NCBI GenBank assembly: GCA_963812605.1
Contig: CAWEWF010000014.1
Location: 512,001-576,000, forward strand
Direction of reading: 5' to 3'
Length of the DNA stretch: 64,000 nucleotides
Source: an uncultured Verrucomicrobiae bacterium
GTDB taxonomy: Bacteria; Verrucomicrobiota; Verrucomicrobiia; Palsa-1439
The notes under the pieces were generated by a model. The model ran no database searches and was not told the origin of the DNA. It was given only the letters and a program-made list of their open reading frames with translations. Below, in pieces: positions 19,136 to 29,493 of the stretch; the first letter of the stretch is position 1; every line of letters starts with the position of its first letter. A program made the position numbers and the translations under genes.

Positions 19136-20050
19136 TTGAGAACGTCCAAGGCCATTGGCGTATATGCCATCGCCGTCGTCTTGCTTGGCGCGCTGCTGGC
19201 GCCGTGGTTGTTTTGGATGTTGCAGGTGTTGGCTGCGTCGATTCCCGCCATCGGCTCGCTGGCCCGGCAACCCTTTCATCGTATTTTCGACCGCGCCCTC
19301 TTGATTGTCGCGTTTGCCGGGCTGTGGCCTCTGCTGCGTTACGCCGGGTTTCGCTCGTGGAGCGATGTCGGCTACGTGAAAGCGCGCGGCTGGTGGCAAC
19401 ACGTTCTCGTCGGCTTCGTACTCGGCCTCGGGTCGCTGGCTTTGGTGATCGCTATCACGGTCCTGCTGGGCACACGCTCGTTGAACCTCGACAGGTCCGC
19501 GGGCCAAATGGTCGAAGCGATCCTGCGCTATTTGCTCACTGGCGTGGTCGTCGCATTGATCGAGGAAACATTTTTCCGTGGCGGTTTGCAGGGCGCGTTT
19601 CAACGGGGAATGAACGTCTGTGTCGCCGTGATTCTGGCGAGCGCGATTTATTCGGCGCTGCATTTCGTGAAGCCGAATCGCGTGAACATTCCCGCGGACC
19701 AGGTCACTTGGAGCAGTGGCTTGACGTGCCTCGGCGGCATTGCGTCGCGGTCGTTCGGCGAACGGAATGTCCTCGTGGGGTTCGTGACACTGTTTCTGGC
19801 CGGCTGCATTTTGGGATTGGCTTATGTCCGGACGAAGGCATTATATCTTCCCATCGGATTGCACGCGGGCTGGGTCCTGGCCAATGAATTCGCGCGCTGG
19901 CTGGGGGCCGGGCAGATTGTTGAGGACAGGCTGTCGTGGGCCGTGCTCGCCGTGCTGCTGGTGTTGGTTGAGTGGCTATGCCGGACCAAGCTCAAACCGT
20001 TGCGCGCCCCGGGGCCTTCCAGCTCTGGTGGCGTCGCGCGTTCGACATAG
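19136..20050 (+). CDS. CPBP (CAAX/Abi) family intramembrane metalloprotease
   Basis: EETFFRG, YSALH, LHAGW motifs; multiple TM helices. Confidence 0.9.
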   Translation: MRTSKAIGVYAIAVVLLGALLAPWLFWMLQVLAASIPAIGSLARQPFHRIFDRALLIVAFAGLWPLLRYAGFRSWSDVGYVKARGWWQHVLVGFVLGLGSLALVIAITVLLGTRSLNLDRSAGQMVEAILRYLLTGVVVALIEETFFRGGLQGAFQRGMNVCVAVILASAIYSALHFVKPNRVNIPADQVTWSSGLTCLGGIASRSFGERNVLVGFVTLFLAGCILGLAYVRTKALYLPIGLHAGWVLANEFARWLGAGQIVEDRLSWAVLAVLLVLVEWLCRTKLKPLRAPGPSSSGGVARST

Positions 20051-20742
20051 TCTGGCCGCGGAACTGTCCCTTCTGCGGTTGTCCGCTTTCCGACACCGAG
20101 CCGGGCATCGTCTGTCCGGATTGCCTGGCTTCGGCGAAACCCATTGAGCCGCCGTTTTGCCGGCAGTGCGCTTCGCCGTTCACCGGCACGGTTACGGGCG
20201 AAACGTTTGTTTGCGGTTATTGCCAGGACTTGCGCTTCCATTTTTCGCGCGCCATCGCCGCGTGCCGGGCCGAAGGCGTCGTGCGCGATTGCATCTTGCG
20301 GTTCAAGTATCAACGCGAAATGTACTTTGGCCCGCATCTGGTGGATTGGTTGCAGGTTGCCGCCCGCCGCTGGATCGACTGGCGAGAAGTTGACGCGATC
20401 GTTCCCGTGCCATTGCATCCGCGCAAACAACGCCAGCGCGAGTTCAACCAGGCCGAATACCTCGCGGACGCGCTGGGTAAGACGTTGAATGTTCCGGTCA
20501 TAAAGCGACGTTTACGCCGGGTGAAAGACACCTCGACACAAACGAAACTCAGTGCCGAGGCGCGGGCGAAAAATATGCGCGGCGCATTTGCCGTGCGCGA
20601 CGAAACAGCATTCAATGGCAAGAGCCTTGTATTATTGGACGATGTTTTCACGACGGGTGCTACACTGGACAGTTGTGCCAAAGCGTTGCGCGGAGCCGGA
20701 GCGAAAGATGTGATCGCGTTGGCCGTGGCAAGAGGGGTGTAA
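19978..20742 (+). CDS. comF: ComF family protein (double zinc ribbon plus PRTase domain)
   Basis: CxxC pairs, VPVPLH..KQRQREFNQAE, LLDDVFTTGATL. Confidence 0.93.
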   Translation: MPDQAQTVARPGAFQLWWRRAFDIVWPRNCPFCGCPLSDTEPGIVCPDCLASAKPIEPPFCRQCASPFTGTVTGETFVCGYCQDLRFHFSRAIAACRAEGVVRDCILRFKYQREMYFGPHLVDWLQVAARRWIDWREVDAIVPVPLHPRKQRQREFNQAEYLADALGKTLNVPVIKRRLRRVKDTSTQTKLSAEARAKNMRGAFAVRDETAFNGKSLVLLDDVFTTGATLDSCAKALRGAGAKDVIALAVARGV

Positions 20743-20767
20743 GGGAGCCGCTGGATGGACACATCAT

Positions 20768-21193
20768 TCTAATGTTCCGCCAATATTCCGGCGACTGGAA
20801 GTTGCTAATCTTTTCATGACCGCACGCCAGAGGACGACATACAGCAGGTCCGATAGGCGCGTAAAGAAATACAGTGCTGTGCGCCAGAAAAGCAGCAAAC
20901 AGGAGCACTCCTTTAACATCGGGTCGATCTCTGTCACGCAAGGCGACCGCTGTCACGAGCACAAGCTGCCAAATGATAACGAATCCGTTGACTCCGAACC
21001 AACCAACCCATACAGGCAAAATCGTGAATGCAGCGACTAGATTGAGGTATCGCTTGTCGAGGCCGAAGGAGGACATCGAACGATGGCGCACATCCGGTGC
21101 CACAACCAAGAAGATAGCGAACTAACTGACGGGCTACCAGCGCCAAACTTCCGATAGCGCGGAATGCTATCAAGAATAATGCGTGCGTTCATA
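20768..21193 (-). pseudogene. Possible fragmented membrane-protein gene
   Basis: Hydrophobic stretches (LNLVAAFTILPVWVGWFG, GVLLFAAFLAHS) spread over several minus-strand frames; lower GC; boundaries approximate. Confidence 0.3.
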
Positions 21194-21408
21194 GGACGAG
21201 CGCCTTGAAGGGGGGATGTAGCGTCATTCACAGCCCCCACAAGTATTTTGTGATTCAGTTTTCTGGCGGGTCGTGTCACTCACATTCTAAGTATCCGACA
21301 GCCCGGAACCGCTCTTGCCGCGATTCAGTTTGTCCGATGCAGGGGATTTGATATGCTCAGTCACACAAGGGTGCTGTCAAATGACTGGTTAAGCCCGAAG
21401 GAAATGCG

Positions 21409-21869
21409 ATGCCGTATCTGGTGTATCGAACCGAATCTGCGATTCCAATTCACAAGATTCCTGAATCTTTGCAACGCTTCGTTGGGCGACCCAACTGGCT
21501 CGGCGCTCCCAGAGATTCGATTCCTTTTCTCGGAACCGTCGATTCCAATGGCTTCACAATCTCGCGAGTTATCCGAGGGCGCGATTCGTTCAACCCGGTT
21601 CTCTACGGGCGATTTTTCGATCCGGTCACGGTACGCGACTCAGGGTCATCATGACATTCCATCCGCTTGTCTGGCTTTTCCTGATTCTCTGGTCCGTCTT
21701 CAACGGATATACTTCACTTGAGGGGTTGCTCAACCATCATCTCGCCGATTTTTGGGGTTGCCTATGCTTTCTGATCTTTGCGTGGGTTGTGGCTGTGCCG
21801 CTATTTTACTGGAACGCGTCTCGGAGCAAGCTATTGCTCCGGCAATCACTTGGTCTACGCGACCTGTGA
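21409..21869 (+). CDS. Hypothetical membrane protein (frameshift near 21620)
   Basis: FTISRVIRGRDSFNPVLYG joins GTRLRVIMTFHPLVWLF in the adjacent frame, giving one coherent protein with C-terminal TM helices. Confidence 0.6.
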
Positions 21870-21937
21870 ACAGAGAACCCAGTACGAGCTGGTCTTGCAA
21901 TCAAGGCAGAGGATTGGCCCTACGTCTGGTGGCCTAC

Positions 21938-21959
21938 GGCGCTGAAGCCCCAGCCCTAC
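21938..21959 (-). repeat. GTAG-type REP-like palindrome
   Basis: Minus strand GTAGggctggggcttcagcgcc. Confidence 0.5.
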
Positions 21960-22079
21960 CCGACACGAAGTGGACCGCCGTTTTTCCGACTGGTGCAATG
22001 CCGGGCAATTGTGCTACAGTTTTAAGGTTGGCGTGGCAAAAGATATCGCGGCCCTGGCCGTCGCAGGAGGAGGTTCGTC

Positions 22080-22959
22080 ATGGCGGTATTTGAAGAAAAA
22101 GAAAAGCCGAAGATTTCCGAAACCAAGACGAAGAAGCACGAGATCCCGAGCGGCTTGTGGGTGAAATGCAAGACTTGCGGCGAGATCATCTTCAGCAAGG
22201 AACTCGCGGCCAACGCGAAAGTCTGCAGCCAAGTGCGATTACCACTTCACGATGACGGCGCCCGAGCGCATCGCGATGCTGGCCGATGAAGGCACGTTCC
22301 GCGAGTCGGATGCCGACATGGCCAGCGTGGACATGCTGAAATTTACGGGCGTGGCGGCCTACTCGGAGCGGTTGCGCACGTACCAGCGCCAGACGGGCAT
22401 GAACGACGCCGTGATGATCGGGCTTTGCAAGCTCGACGGTCACGATACGTCGCTGGCGGTGATGGATTTCAGCTTCCTCGGCGCCAGCATGGGCTCCGTG
22501 GTCGGGGAAAAGATCACGCGGGCCATTGAGAAGGCGACCGAGTTGAAGATTCCGGTGATTATCGTCTCCGCCTCCGGCGGCGCGCGCATGTACGAGGGCA
22601 TTCTCAGCCTCATGCAACTGGCCAAGACGAGCGGCGCGCTCGCGTTGCACGCCAAGGCGGGACTGCCATATATTTCGATCCTCACACATCCGACCACCGC
22701 CGGCGTGATGGCCAGCTATGCCTCCCTCGGCGATGTAATCGTGGCCGAACCAAAGGCGCTGATCGGTTTTGCGGGACCACGCGTGATCAAGGAAACCACG
22801 CAGCAGGAACTGCCCGAAGGCTTCCAAACCAGCGAATTCCTCCGCGACCGCGGCCTGGTCGACCTCATCGTACATCGCAAGCAACTCAAGCAAACCCTCG
22901 TGCAGTTGCTCGATTATTTTTCAGGACGCGGCGGGCGCAAGTTCAAAGCGGCTGACTAA
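22080..22959 (+). CDS. accD: Acetyl-CoA carboxylase carboxyltransferase beta subunit (frameshift near 22230)
   Basis: GLWVKCKTC zinc finger, [39 protein letters not shown]. Confidence 0.95.
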
Positions 22960-23007
22960 TTATTTGGATCACCCTCGCCGGAAGCGCGAGGCGAAGAAGT
23001 ACTGCTG

Positions 23008-24336
23008 ATGACCTACCCGGAAACCATCGATTATCTCTACGGCATTCGTCTCTTCGGGCAGAAGCTCGGGTTGGAGACGATGCAGTACTTGTTGCGGTTG
23101 ATGGGCGACCCGCAGCATTCGCTGCGCTTCATTCATATCGCGGGCACGAACGGGAAGGGGAGTGTGGCCGCGATGCTCCATGCGGTCTTGTCCAGGGCCA
23201 GCTATAAAACCGGGTTATACACCTCGCCGCACCTCGTATCTTTCTGCGAGCGGTTTCAGATCAACGGTCACGTCATTGCCGAAGCCGACGTGGTGCGGCT
23301 GGTGCAACAGATCAAGCCGCTTCTTGAAACGGTTGCCACGCACCCCGAGTTTCACGCGCCCACGTTCTTCGAAGCCGTCACGGCCATGGCCCTCCAGCAT
23401 TTTCACGAACAGAAGATCGATGTGGTCGTCTGGGAAACAGGACTGGGTGGCCGTCTCGATGCGACGAACGTGGTCACACCCCTTGCTTCCATCATCACCA
23501 ACATCGCTTTTGACCACACCCAGTATCTTGGTGAGACGCTTCCCGAAATCGCGACCGAGAAATGCGGCATCATTAAGCCAGGCGTCCCAGTCGTTACCGC
23601 GGCGGCCGTGGAAGAGGTTCTTCGTGTCATCCGGGCGACGGCAAAAGCCCAAGACTGTCCGCTCACCATTGTCGGTCAGGACATGGATGCCAGGCGGCTC
23701 GACGAGGATGAGCACGGACAACGCGTTCAACTGACCAGCAAAAAATGTGATTACGGCCCGGTCACGATCCCCTTGCTTGGCGCTCATCAGGCAATCAACT
23801 GCGCTACCGCAGTCGCCGCGCTGGAAGCGTCCGGGTTGTCGATCACGCCCCAGCAAGTCACGGAAGGGCTGTTGCAGACGACCTGGCCGGGAAGGTTCCA
23901 AATCGTCAATCGCCATCCCACGGTGGTGCTCGACGGGGCGCATAATGCCGCCGCCGCCGAGCGGCTTGCCGCAACGTTGCGGGAGCGTTGCGCCGGTCAG
24001 AAGCTGACCCTGATCCTTGGCGTGTTACGGGACAAGAACTACGACCAGATGTGCCAGATCCTCGCGCCCCTGGTCGAACGCATTTTCTGCGTGCCCGTCC
24101 GGAGCGAGCGCACGTGCGATCCCGACCAATTGGCGCGTTGGTGCATGGCCGCAAATCCCCGGTTAAAAATCACCATCGTGGGGAGCTTGACAGAAGCGTA
24201 CACGCAAGCCTGCCGCGAGAAGGCTGAAGCCATCGTCATCACCGGCTCGCTGTTCCTCGTTGGCGAAGCGCTGGACCGGCTGGGGTTTGCCCATCCGACC
24301 CGGGCGAAAACAGAGAAGGAGTTGGTATTGCAGTGA
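23008..24336 (+). CDS. folC: Folylpolyglutamate synthase/dihydrofolate synthase
   Basis: HIAGTNGKGS, YTSPHL, ETGLGGRLDATNV, WPGRF, LDGAHN. Confidence 0.96.
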   Translation: MTYPETIDYLYGIRLFGQKLGLETMQYLLRLMGDPQHSLRFIHIAGTNGKGSVAAMLHAVLSRASYKTGLYTSPHLVSFCERFQINGHVIAEADVVRLVQQIKPLLETVATHPEFHAPTFFEAVTAMALQHFHEQKIDVVVWETGLGGRLDATNVVTPLASIITNIAFDHTQYLGETLPEIATEKCGIIKPGVPVVTAAAVEEVLRVIRATAKAQDCPLTIVGQDMDARRLDEDEHGQRVQLTSKKCDYGPVTIPLLGAHQAINCATAVAALEASGLSITPQQVTEGLLQTTWPGRFQIVNRHPTVVLDGAHNAAAAERLAATLRERCAGQKLTLILGVLRDKNYDQMCQILAPLVERIFCVPVRSERTCDPDQLARWCMAANPRLKITIVGSLTEAYTQACREKAEAIVITGSLFLVGEALDRLGFAHPTRAKTEKELVLQ

Positions 24337-24995
24337 GCCGGCAGCCCGTGCGCGCCCTGTTCTTCGACGTGGGCGGCACGCTGCTGCGTCCGTGGCCATC
24401 GGTGGGAGTCCTCTATGCCTCGGCGGCCAATCGCCATGGAATGGCCGTCACGGCGGAGAACATGGAATGCGCGTTCCGCGAATCGTGGGCCGCACTGAAA
24501 CGACCGGGATTGACCGTTTCCCGCAAGGAGTGGTGGCGCGAAGTTGTTTTCCGCACCTTGCGCCAGGACAACCAGGCGTGTTTTGAGGAGCTCTTCGAAA
24601 TCTTTGCGCGCGCCGACGCCTGGCAGGTTTTCCCGGACGTGGAAGAGACGCTGCGCGAAGCCCGCTCGCGCGGCCTGCACGTGGGCGTCATTTCCAACTG
24701 GGACGAGCGGCTGCGTCCCTTGCTCGACGGAATCGGGTTGGCGCGTTACTTCGATTCCATCACCGTTTCCTGTGAAGTGGGCGTCGAGAAACCGAGCGCC
24801 GATATTTTTCATGCAGCGCTTCGCGCCGCTGGTATCGCGGCGAACCAAGCCGTTCACGTGGGAGATAGCGAGATGGAGGACGTGGGTGGCGCGGAAGCGG
24901 TTGGGATGACCGCTGTCCTCTTGAATCGAAGCGAAGGGGAGAGTGACGGGTTGCGCGATTTGCGGGATCTTTGGGGCAAACTCGGCACGGCCTGA
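24333..24995 (+). CDS. HAD-IA family hydrolase
   Basis: FFDVGGTL, ISNWD, EKP, HVGDS..EDV.GA. Confidence 0.92.
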   Translation: MSRQPVRALFFDVGGTLLRPWPSVGVLYASAANRHGMAVTAENMECAFRESWAALKRPGLTVSRKEWWREVVFRTLRQDNQACFEELFEIFARADAWQVFPDVEETLREARSRGLHVGVISNWDERLRPLLDGIGLARYFDSITVSCEVGVEKPSADIFHAALRAAGIAANQAVHVGDSEMEDVGGAEAVGMTAVLLNRSEGESDGLRDLRDLWGKLGTA

Positions 24996-25008
24996 TCGCC
25001 GGATCCTG

Positions 25009-26009
25009 TTACTCGCCGAAAACGAAGCCAACTTCCTTCGATTCCTGGTCCGCCACCGTCACAGACTGCGACTGCACGCCGTAAACCTCGTGCCATGCCC
25101 AATAACATAACTGCCCGGCGGCAAGCCGACGATTTGAAAGGAGCCGTCGTCTCCCGTCACACTGAAAAACGGGTGATCGAGCACGCCGATGTACGCCTTC
25201 ATCCAGGGATGAACGTCGCATCTGACCGGGATCATAATTTCCGGGACATCAAAGGAGCGGATGGAGAGCATACCCTCATTCGGCTGGCCGATATTGAATT
25301 CGCGGTTGAGACGGGGCAACGCATGGATGTTATGCAGCGTATTGTCATCGTTCACGATCTTCAGCGGCTGATGAACCATGATTCCCAGGACACGCGGCTC
25401 GTACAGGCAACCGCGTTGGTCGAGCGTTACCGCAGCTTTGGGTGGTTCAAAGGCCAGACCCGCGATTCCTTCTTTCACATACACAAAAACATTGCGTAGC
25501 GTCTGGTTGTCGTTGACGACGACATCGCCTACAGGAACGGGGTTGGGATGCATCGCCGCACAATGCGGATCGGCGTCGAAGTTGATAATTCTGGGCTTCG
25601 GCGCAGCCCCCCGCCACTGAACTTTACCAGAGATCGTCGCGCCGTTTTGGGAAAGTTGCACAACAACCGGAGTGGCCGCGCCTGTTGGTTGCCCTTGCGG
25701 CGGGGGGGAGACCGGTGGCTCCGTTTGGGTCTCAGGCTTTGTGGGCGGTAGCACAACGACGGGACTATCCTCTCGTGGTGTCCCACCAGAGGAAATCTGG
25801 CCTGCCGTGCCCGAAAGGGAAGATTTCCAGGAAGACGGGAGTGACTGTACCAAACGGTTCGATCCCCCGGTAAGCCCGGAGTCCGCCATCTCCGGGGGAG
25901 CCGTCGAGTTGGCATGCCGGGATTCCTGACGAAGGACAACGACGAGGAGGGCGACAACGAGACACAATGTCGCCAGCGATAGAGCAAAGGTTGCTCTTTG
26001 GGTGTTCAT
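25009..26009 (-). CDS. Membrane-anchored carboxypeptidase-regulatory-like / cupredoxin-like protein (frameshift near 25095)
   Basis: N-terminal TM, Pro-rich linker, LDQRGCLYEP, LHNIH, CDVHPWM, HPFFSVT; C-terminus AWHEVYG... in another frame. Confidence 0.8.
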
Positions 26010-26042
26010 CGCCTGACCGACTGATTGAAGGCCACCGAGTTG

Positions 26043-27446
26043 CTACTGCTTCGACGGAGGCTTGCGCATGATTTTTTCGCGCACGTCGCGATAACTGAAA
26101 TCGACCTTGGCGATTTCCTTGAACGCCGCCAGGGATTTCTCCGGGTCGCCCATGAGTTCGTAGGCGTTCCCCAGATTATAGAGCAGATCCTTCTTTAACC
26201 CATCCATGACCGGGAGTTCGGCTATCGCCTCATTGTAAGACTCAACGGCCATGTCCGAAAGCCCCATTTGCTGGAAGCACTGGCCAAGTTGATTGAGGGA
26301 GGCAACACGACGCTGCGGCTGGTTGCGTGATTTTTGCAGTTGCTCGACCGCGCCCTCAATATTCCCCATTTTCATGTACAGTGTACCCAGTTCGTAGCGG
26401 TACATGAGATCGTTCGGGTACCGTTCGACAAGACGTGCGGCTTCACTGAGTTTGAGTTGGTCGAGCTCGATTTCTAGGGTGGCGATCTCGCTGGTCAGCG
26501 CCGGGTCGGCGGGTTTCTTCTGGAGTTCTTTTTTTTGCCCATTAATCTTGAATTCGAGGCGCTTGATCTTGGTGTCGCCAATTTCGCGTTCCAGCGAGGG
26601 GTCGGAGCCGCCCTCCTTCGCATATAATCCCTCCAAATAACGCAGCGCTTCATCGAAGTTCTCCCGTTGCGTGTAAAGTTTGCCCAGTTCGCGCTGGATA
26701 AGCGGACTCTCGGGATCTTTCGCCAGCGCCTCGAGCCGTTCCTTGATCTGGTTTTCCAGCATGTCTTCGGAACTGACCATGCGAGATTGTTGCTCCAAGG
26801 CGATGGATTCATCCTTGTCTTTGAGCTTGTCACGGAAGGAGGTGGTGCTCTCTTCCCATCCGCCACCGGCCATGGCGCCATCGGCAGTCGAATCCTTGGT
26901 GCCTTGCTGCGCCTCGAAATCGTTGGGATTGATCTGGACCAGGCGTTCATAGGTCTCGCGCGCCTGCTCATGTTGGCCCGTCTCCTTGTAGGAGCGCGCG
27001 AGCCAATGCAGTGCCTTCGTGTCGCGAGCATTCAATCGCGTGTACGTCTCCAGCGTCTGGACAACCGTCTCGGGAAGCTTGGCGACTTCGGCGGCTTCCG
27101 CCAGAATCCACAAGGCCTGGGAGTTCTTCGGGTCTTCCGTCAGGGCCTGCTCGGCAAGGGTCATGGCCTCGCTCGGGTTTTTTTGGAGAACGACCTTGGC
27201 CTTGGTCAGCAGCGGCTGCAGCTTGGCGCCGGTAAGCATCCGCTTAAAACCGCCGGCCGACTCGGTTTTCTTCATCTGTGTGGCCCGCAAATACTGCCGC
27301 GCCTTGGTAAAGTTGGGCTCGATATTGAGAGTCTGGATGAACATCTCGATGGCATAATCGAGGTTTTTGCGTTCCGCCGCCGCCAGCGCCTTCTGGTAGA
27401 AGTCATTAGCGAGCCGATTGATATTGCTACTGGTTTTCTCAGCCAT
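26043..27446 (-). CDS. Tetratricopeptide repeat protein
   Basis: Repeated TPR-like helices (YELG.LY, LNQLGQCF, LYNLGNAY); ends DFSYRDV. Confidence 0.85.
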   Translation of the reverse strand: MAEKTSSNINRLANDFYQKALAAAERKNLDYAIEMFIQTLNIEPNFTKARQYLRATQMKKTESAGGFKRMLTGAKLQPLLTKAKVVLQKNPSEAMTLAEQALTEDPKNSQALWILAEAAEVAKLPETVVQTLETYTRLNARDTKALHWLARSYKETGQHEQARETYERLVQINPNDFEAQQGTKDSTADGAMAGGGWEESTTSFRDKLKDKDESIALEQQSRMVSSEDMLENQIKERLEALAKDPESPLIQRELGKLYTQRENFDEALRYLEGLYAKEGGSDPSLEREIGDTKIKRLEFKINGQKKELQKKPADPALTSEIATLEIELDQLKLSEAARLVERYPNDLMYRYELGTLYMKMGNIEGAVEQLQKSRNQPQRRVASLNQLGQCFQQMGLSDMAVESYNEAIAELPVMDGLKKDLLYNLGNAYELMGDPEKSLAAFKEIAKVDFSYRDVREKIMRKPPSKQ

Positions 27447-27532
27447 GGTAAGTTCTGTTGGTTACCACCCCAAAATATAGCAACCTTTCTGCATGGTCAA
27501 TGGCTTTTCCGCCTGCCAAAACGGTCTGAAGG

Positions 27533-27560
27533 TTGACAGCGGGGTGTCCTTTGTTAATAT
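27533..27560 (+). promoter_or_regulatory. Sigma70-type promoter upstream of korA
   Basis: TTGACA, 16 bp, TAATAT with an upstream TG. Confidence 0.5.
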
Positions 27561-27628
27561 TCCTTGAGTGGCATTATTATAGCTAGGGGTGGAACGTTCG
27601 TCTCAGGGAGTTTGCAAGGACATTAAAA

Positions 27629-29476
27629 ATGATTAATGAAAAAGTGGTGGATTCTTCTGTAGCGCCGGGCGACCAGCGATCGCAAGGCACACGGAGGGTC
27701 CAGGATGCGGTAATTCGGTTCGCTGGCAATTCGCAGGACGGTATCCAGGCTATCGGCGGTTTTCTGGCTCGGTTGGCGGGGCGCACAGACAAAGAAGTCA
27801 TCACCTACATGACGATCCCCGCCACGATTTCGGGCGGTCCCAGCATTTATCAGGTGCGTCTGGGCACAGGCGAAGTATTGAGCGCGGGTGATGACGTGGA
27901 CATCCTCGTGGCTTTTTACCAGCATTCTTACGTCGATCACATCAGCACGTTGCGCGATGGCGGCATCCTTCTGTATGACAGCGACAACGTGCAGCCCGAT
28001 CCCAATGAGAAGCGCTATCGCGCGGTCGGCGTGCCCATCACGGGACAAACGGTCGAAGCCATCGGCGGCACGGCGAAGGACAAGGGCAAGAACATGTTCG
28101 TGCTCGGGCTGATTGCGCGCATGTTTGACCTGGACGTGCCCAAGCTCGAGGCGATGTTACAGGCCTACTACAAAGGGAAGGGCGACGACGTCATTCGCAA
28201 TGTCATCGGTGCGTTCAACGCCGGCTATGGCTACGACATTGGCAAAGTCGCCGATACCTTCGAGTTCGTGGCCCCCAGCAACCGGGTCACCCGCAAGCAG
28301 GTTGTCATGGATGGGAACCAGGCCATCGCCTACGGCGCGCTGGCCGCGGGCATTCGCTTTGGCGCCGGCTACCCAATTACGCCCTGGTCCAGCATCATGG
28401 AAATTCTGCGTGCGGAACTGCCGAAGTATGGCGGGATTTTTATGCAGGCCGAGGATGAACTCGCCGCGATTGCCATGGCCTGCGGCGCCTCGTACTCTGG
28501 GTATCTCTCGCTTACTGGAACCTCCGGCCCCGGTCTTTCGCTGAAAACCGAGGCGCTCGGCTGGGCCGTGATGGCTGAAATGCCGATTGTCATCATCGAC
28601 GTCCAGCGTGGCGGCCCCAGCACGGGCTTGCCCACCAGCGTCGAGCAGAGCGATCTTAATATTGCCTGTTTTGGCGGGCACGGTGACTCGCCGCGTATCG
28701 TGCTCGCGCCTTCGTCCGTTGAGGACTGTTTCTACACCACGCTGGAGGCGGCGAAATTGGCGCGGGACTACAGTTCTCCCGTGATCATCCTTTCCGATCA
28801 GGCATTAGCCACACGTTTTGAGGCCTGGGAGATGCCGGATCTCGCGAAGCTGACTCAGGACATCAGCCCGGATTTCTCGGCGCGCGGACCGAATTACAAG
28901 CCTTACGAAAACGCGGCGGATGGCATCGCGCATCATGCGCCCCCGGGCACACCGATGGTGGATGGCAAATATCCCGTGGTGACCGGGTTGGAGCACGATG
29001 AAGCCGGGCATCCCGCCAGCCGTCCCGCCAATCACGTGATGATGGTGGCCAAACGCCGCCGCAAGTTGCAAGTGCTCGCCGGGCGCCTGCCCAAGGCTGA
29101 GACTTATGGCCCCACGGAAGGCAACGTGCTGCTCGTGGGCTGGGGTTCGTCGCACGGTCCGATTCGTGAAGCCGTGGACAAGGCGCGCGCAGCCGGTGAA
29201 AGTGTCAGCTCGCTCAATATCCGTTACATCCAGCCCCTGCAACCCGGTATCGGGGAGATCTTCGAGGGTTTTAACCACGTGTTTGTGGTAGAAATCAACG
29301 ACGAGGGACTTTACGGCTATGGCCAACTCGCCGCGCTTTTACGGGCGCGGTATTGCACCGATAAGATTCGCGGCATCAACAAGACCGACGGCCTGCCGTT
29401 CAAAGTGCGCGAGATTTTGAACGGCATGCAGGAAAAATTGAAACAATCCCCCGAACCCACGCTCGTTAGCGCCTGA
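27629..29476 (+). CDS. korA: 2-oxoacid:ferredoxin oxidoreductase subunit alpha
   Basis: GYPITP, QAEDELAA, TSGPG, DVQRGGPSTGLPT, TGLEHDE, VGWGS. Confidence 0.93.
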   Translation: MINEKVVDSSVAPGDQRSQGTRRVQDAVIRFAGNSQDGIQAIGGFLARLAGRTDKEVITYMTIPATISGGPSIYQVRLGTGEVLSAGDDVDILVAFYQHSYVDHISTLRDGGILLYDSDNVQPDPNEKRYRAVGVPITGQTVEAIGGTAKDKGKNMFVLGLIARMFDLDVPKLEAMLQAYYKGKGDDVIRNVIGAFNAGYGYDIGKVADTFEFVAPSNRVTRKQVVMDGNQAIAYGALAAGIRFGAGYPITPWSSIMEILRAELPKYGGIFMQAEDELAAIAMACGASYSGYLSLTGTSGPGLSLKTEALGWAVMAEMPIVIIDVQRGGPSTGLPTSVEQSDLNIACFGGHGDSPRIVLAPSSVEDCFYTTLEAAKLARDYSSPVIILSDQALATRFEAWEMPDLAKLTQDISPDFSARGPNYKPYENAADGIAHHAPPGTPMVDGKYPVVTGLEHDEAGHPASRPANHVMMVAKRRRKLQVLAGRLPKAETYGPTEGNVLLVGWGSSHGPIREAVDKARAAGESVSSLNIRYIQPLQPGIGEIFEGFNHVFVVEINDEGLYGYGQLAALLRARYCTDKIRGINKTDGLPFKVREILNGMQEKLKQSPEPTLVSA

Positions 29477-29493
29477 TCCTTTTAAGGAAATCC

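Noticed and set aside
22028-22045. Possible duplicated comF 3' end (gttggcgtggcaa) near accD, and a possible uvrD 3' echo near 5180
   Set aside because: The matches are only about 11-15 bp, too short to separate from chance by eye.
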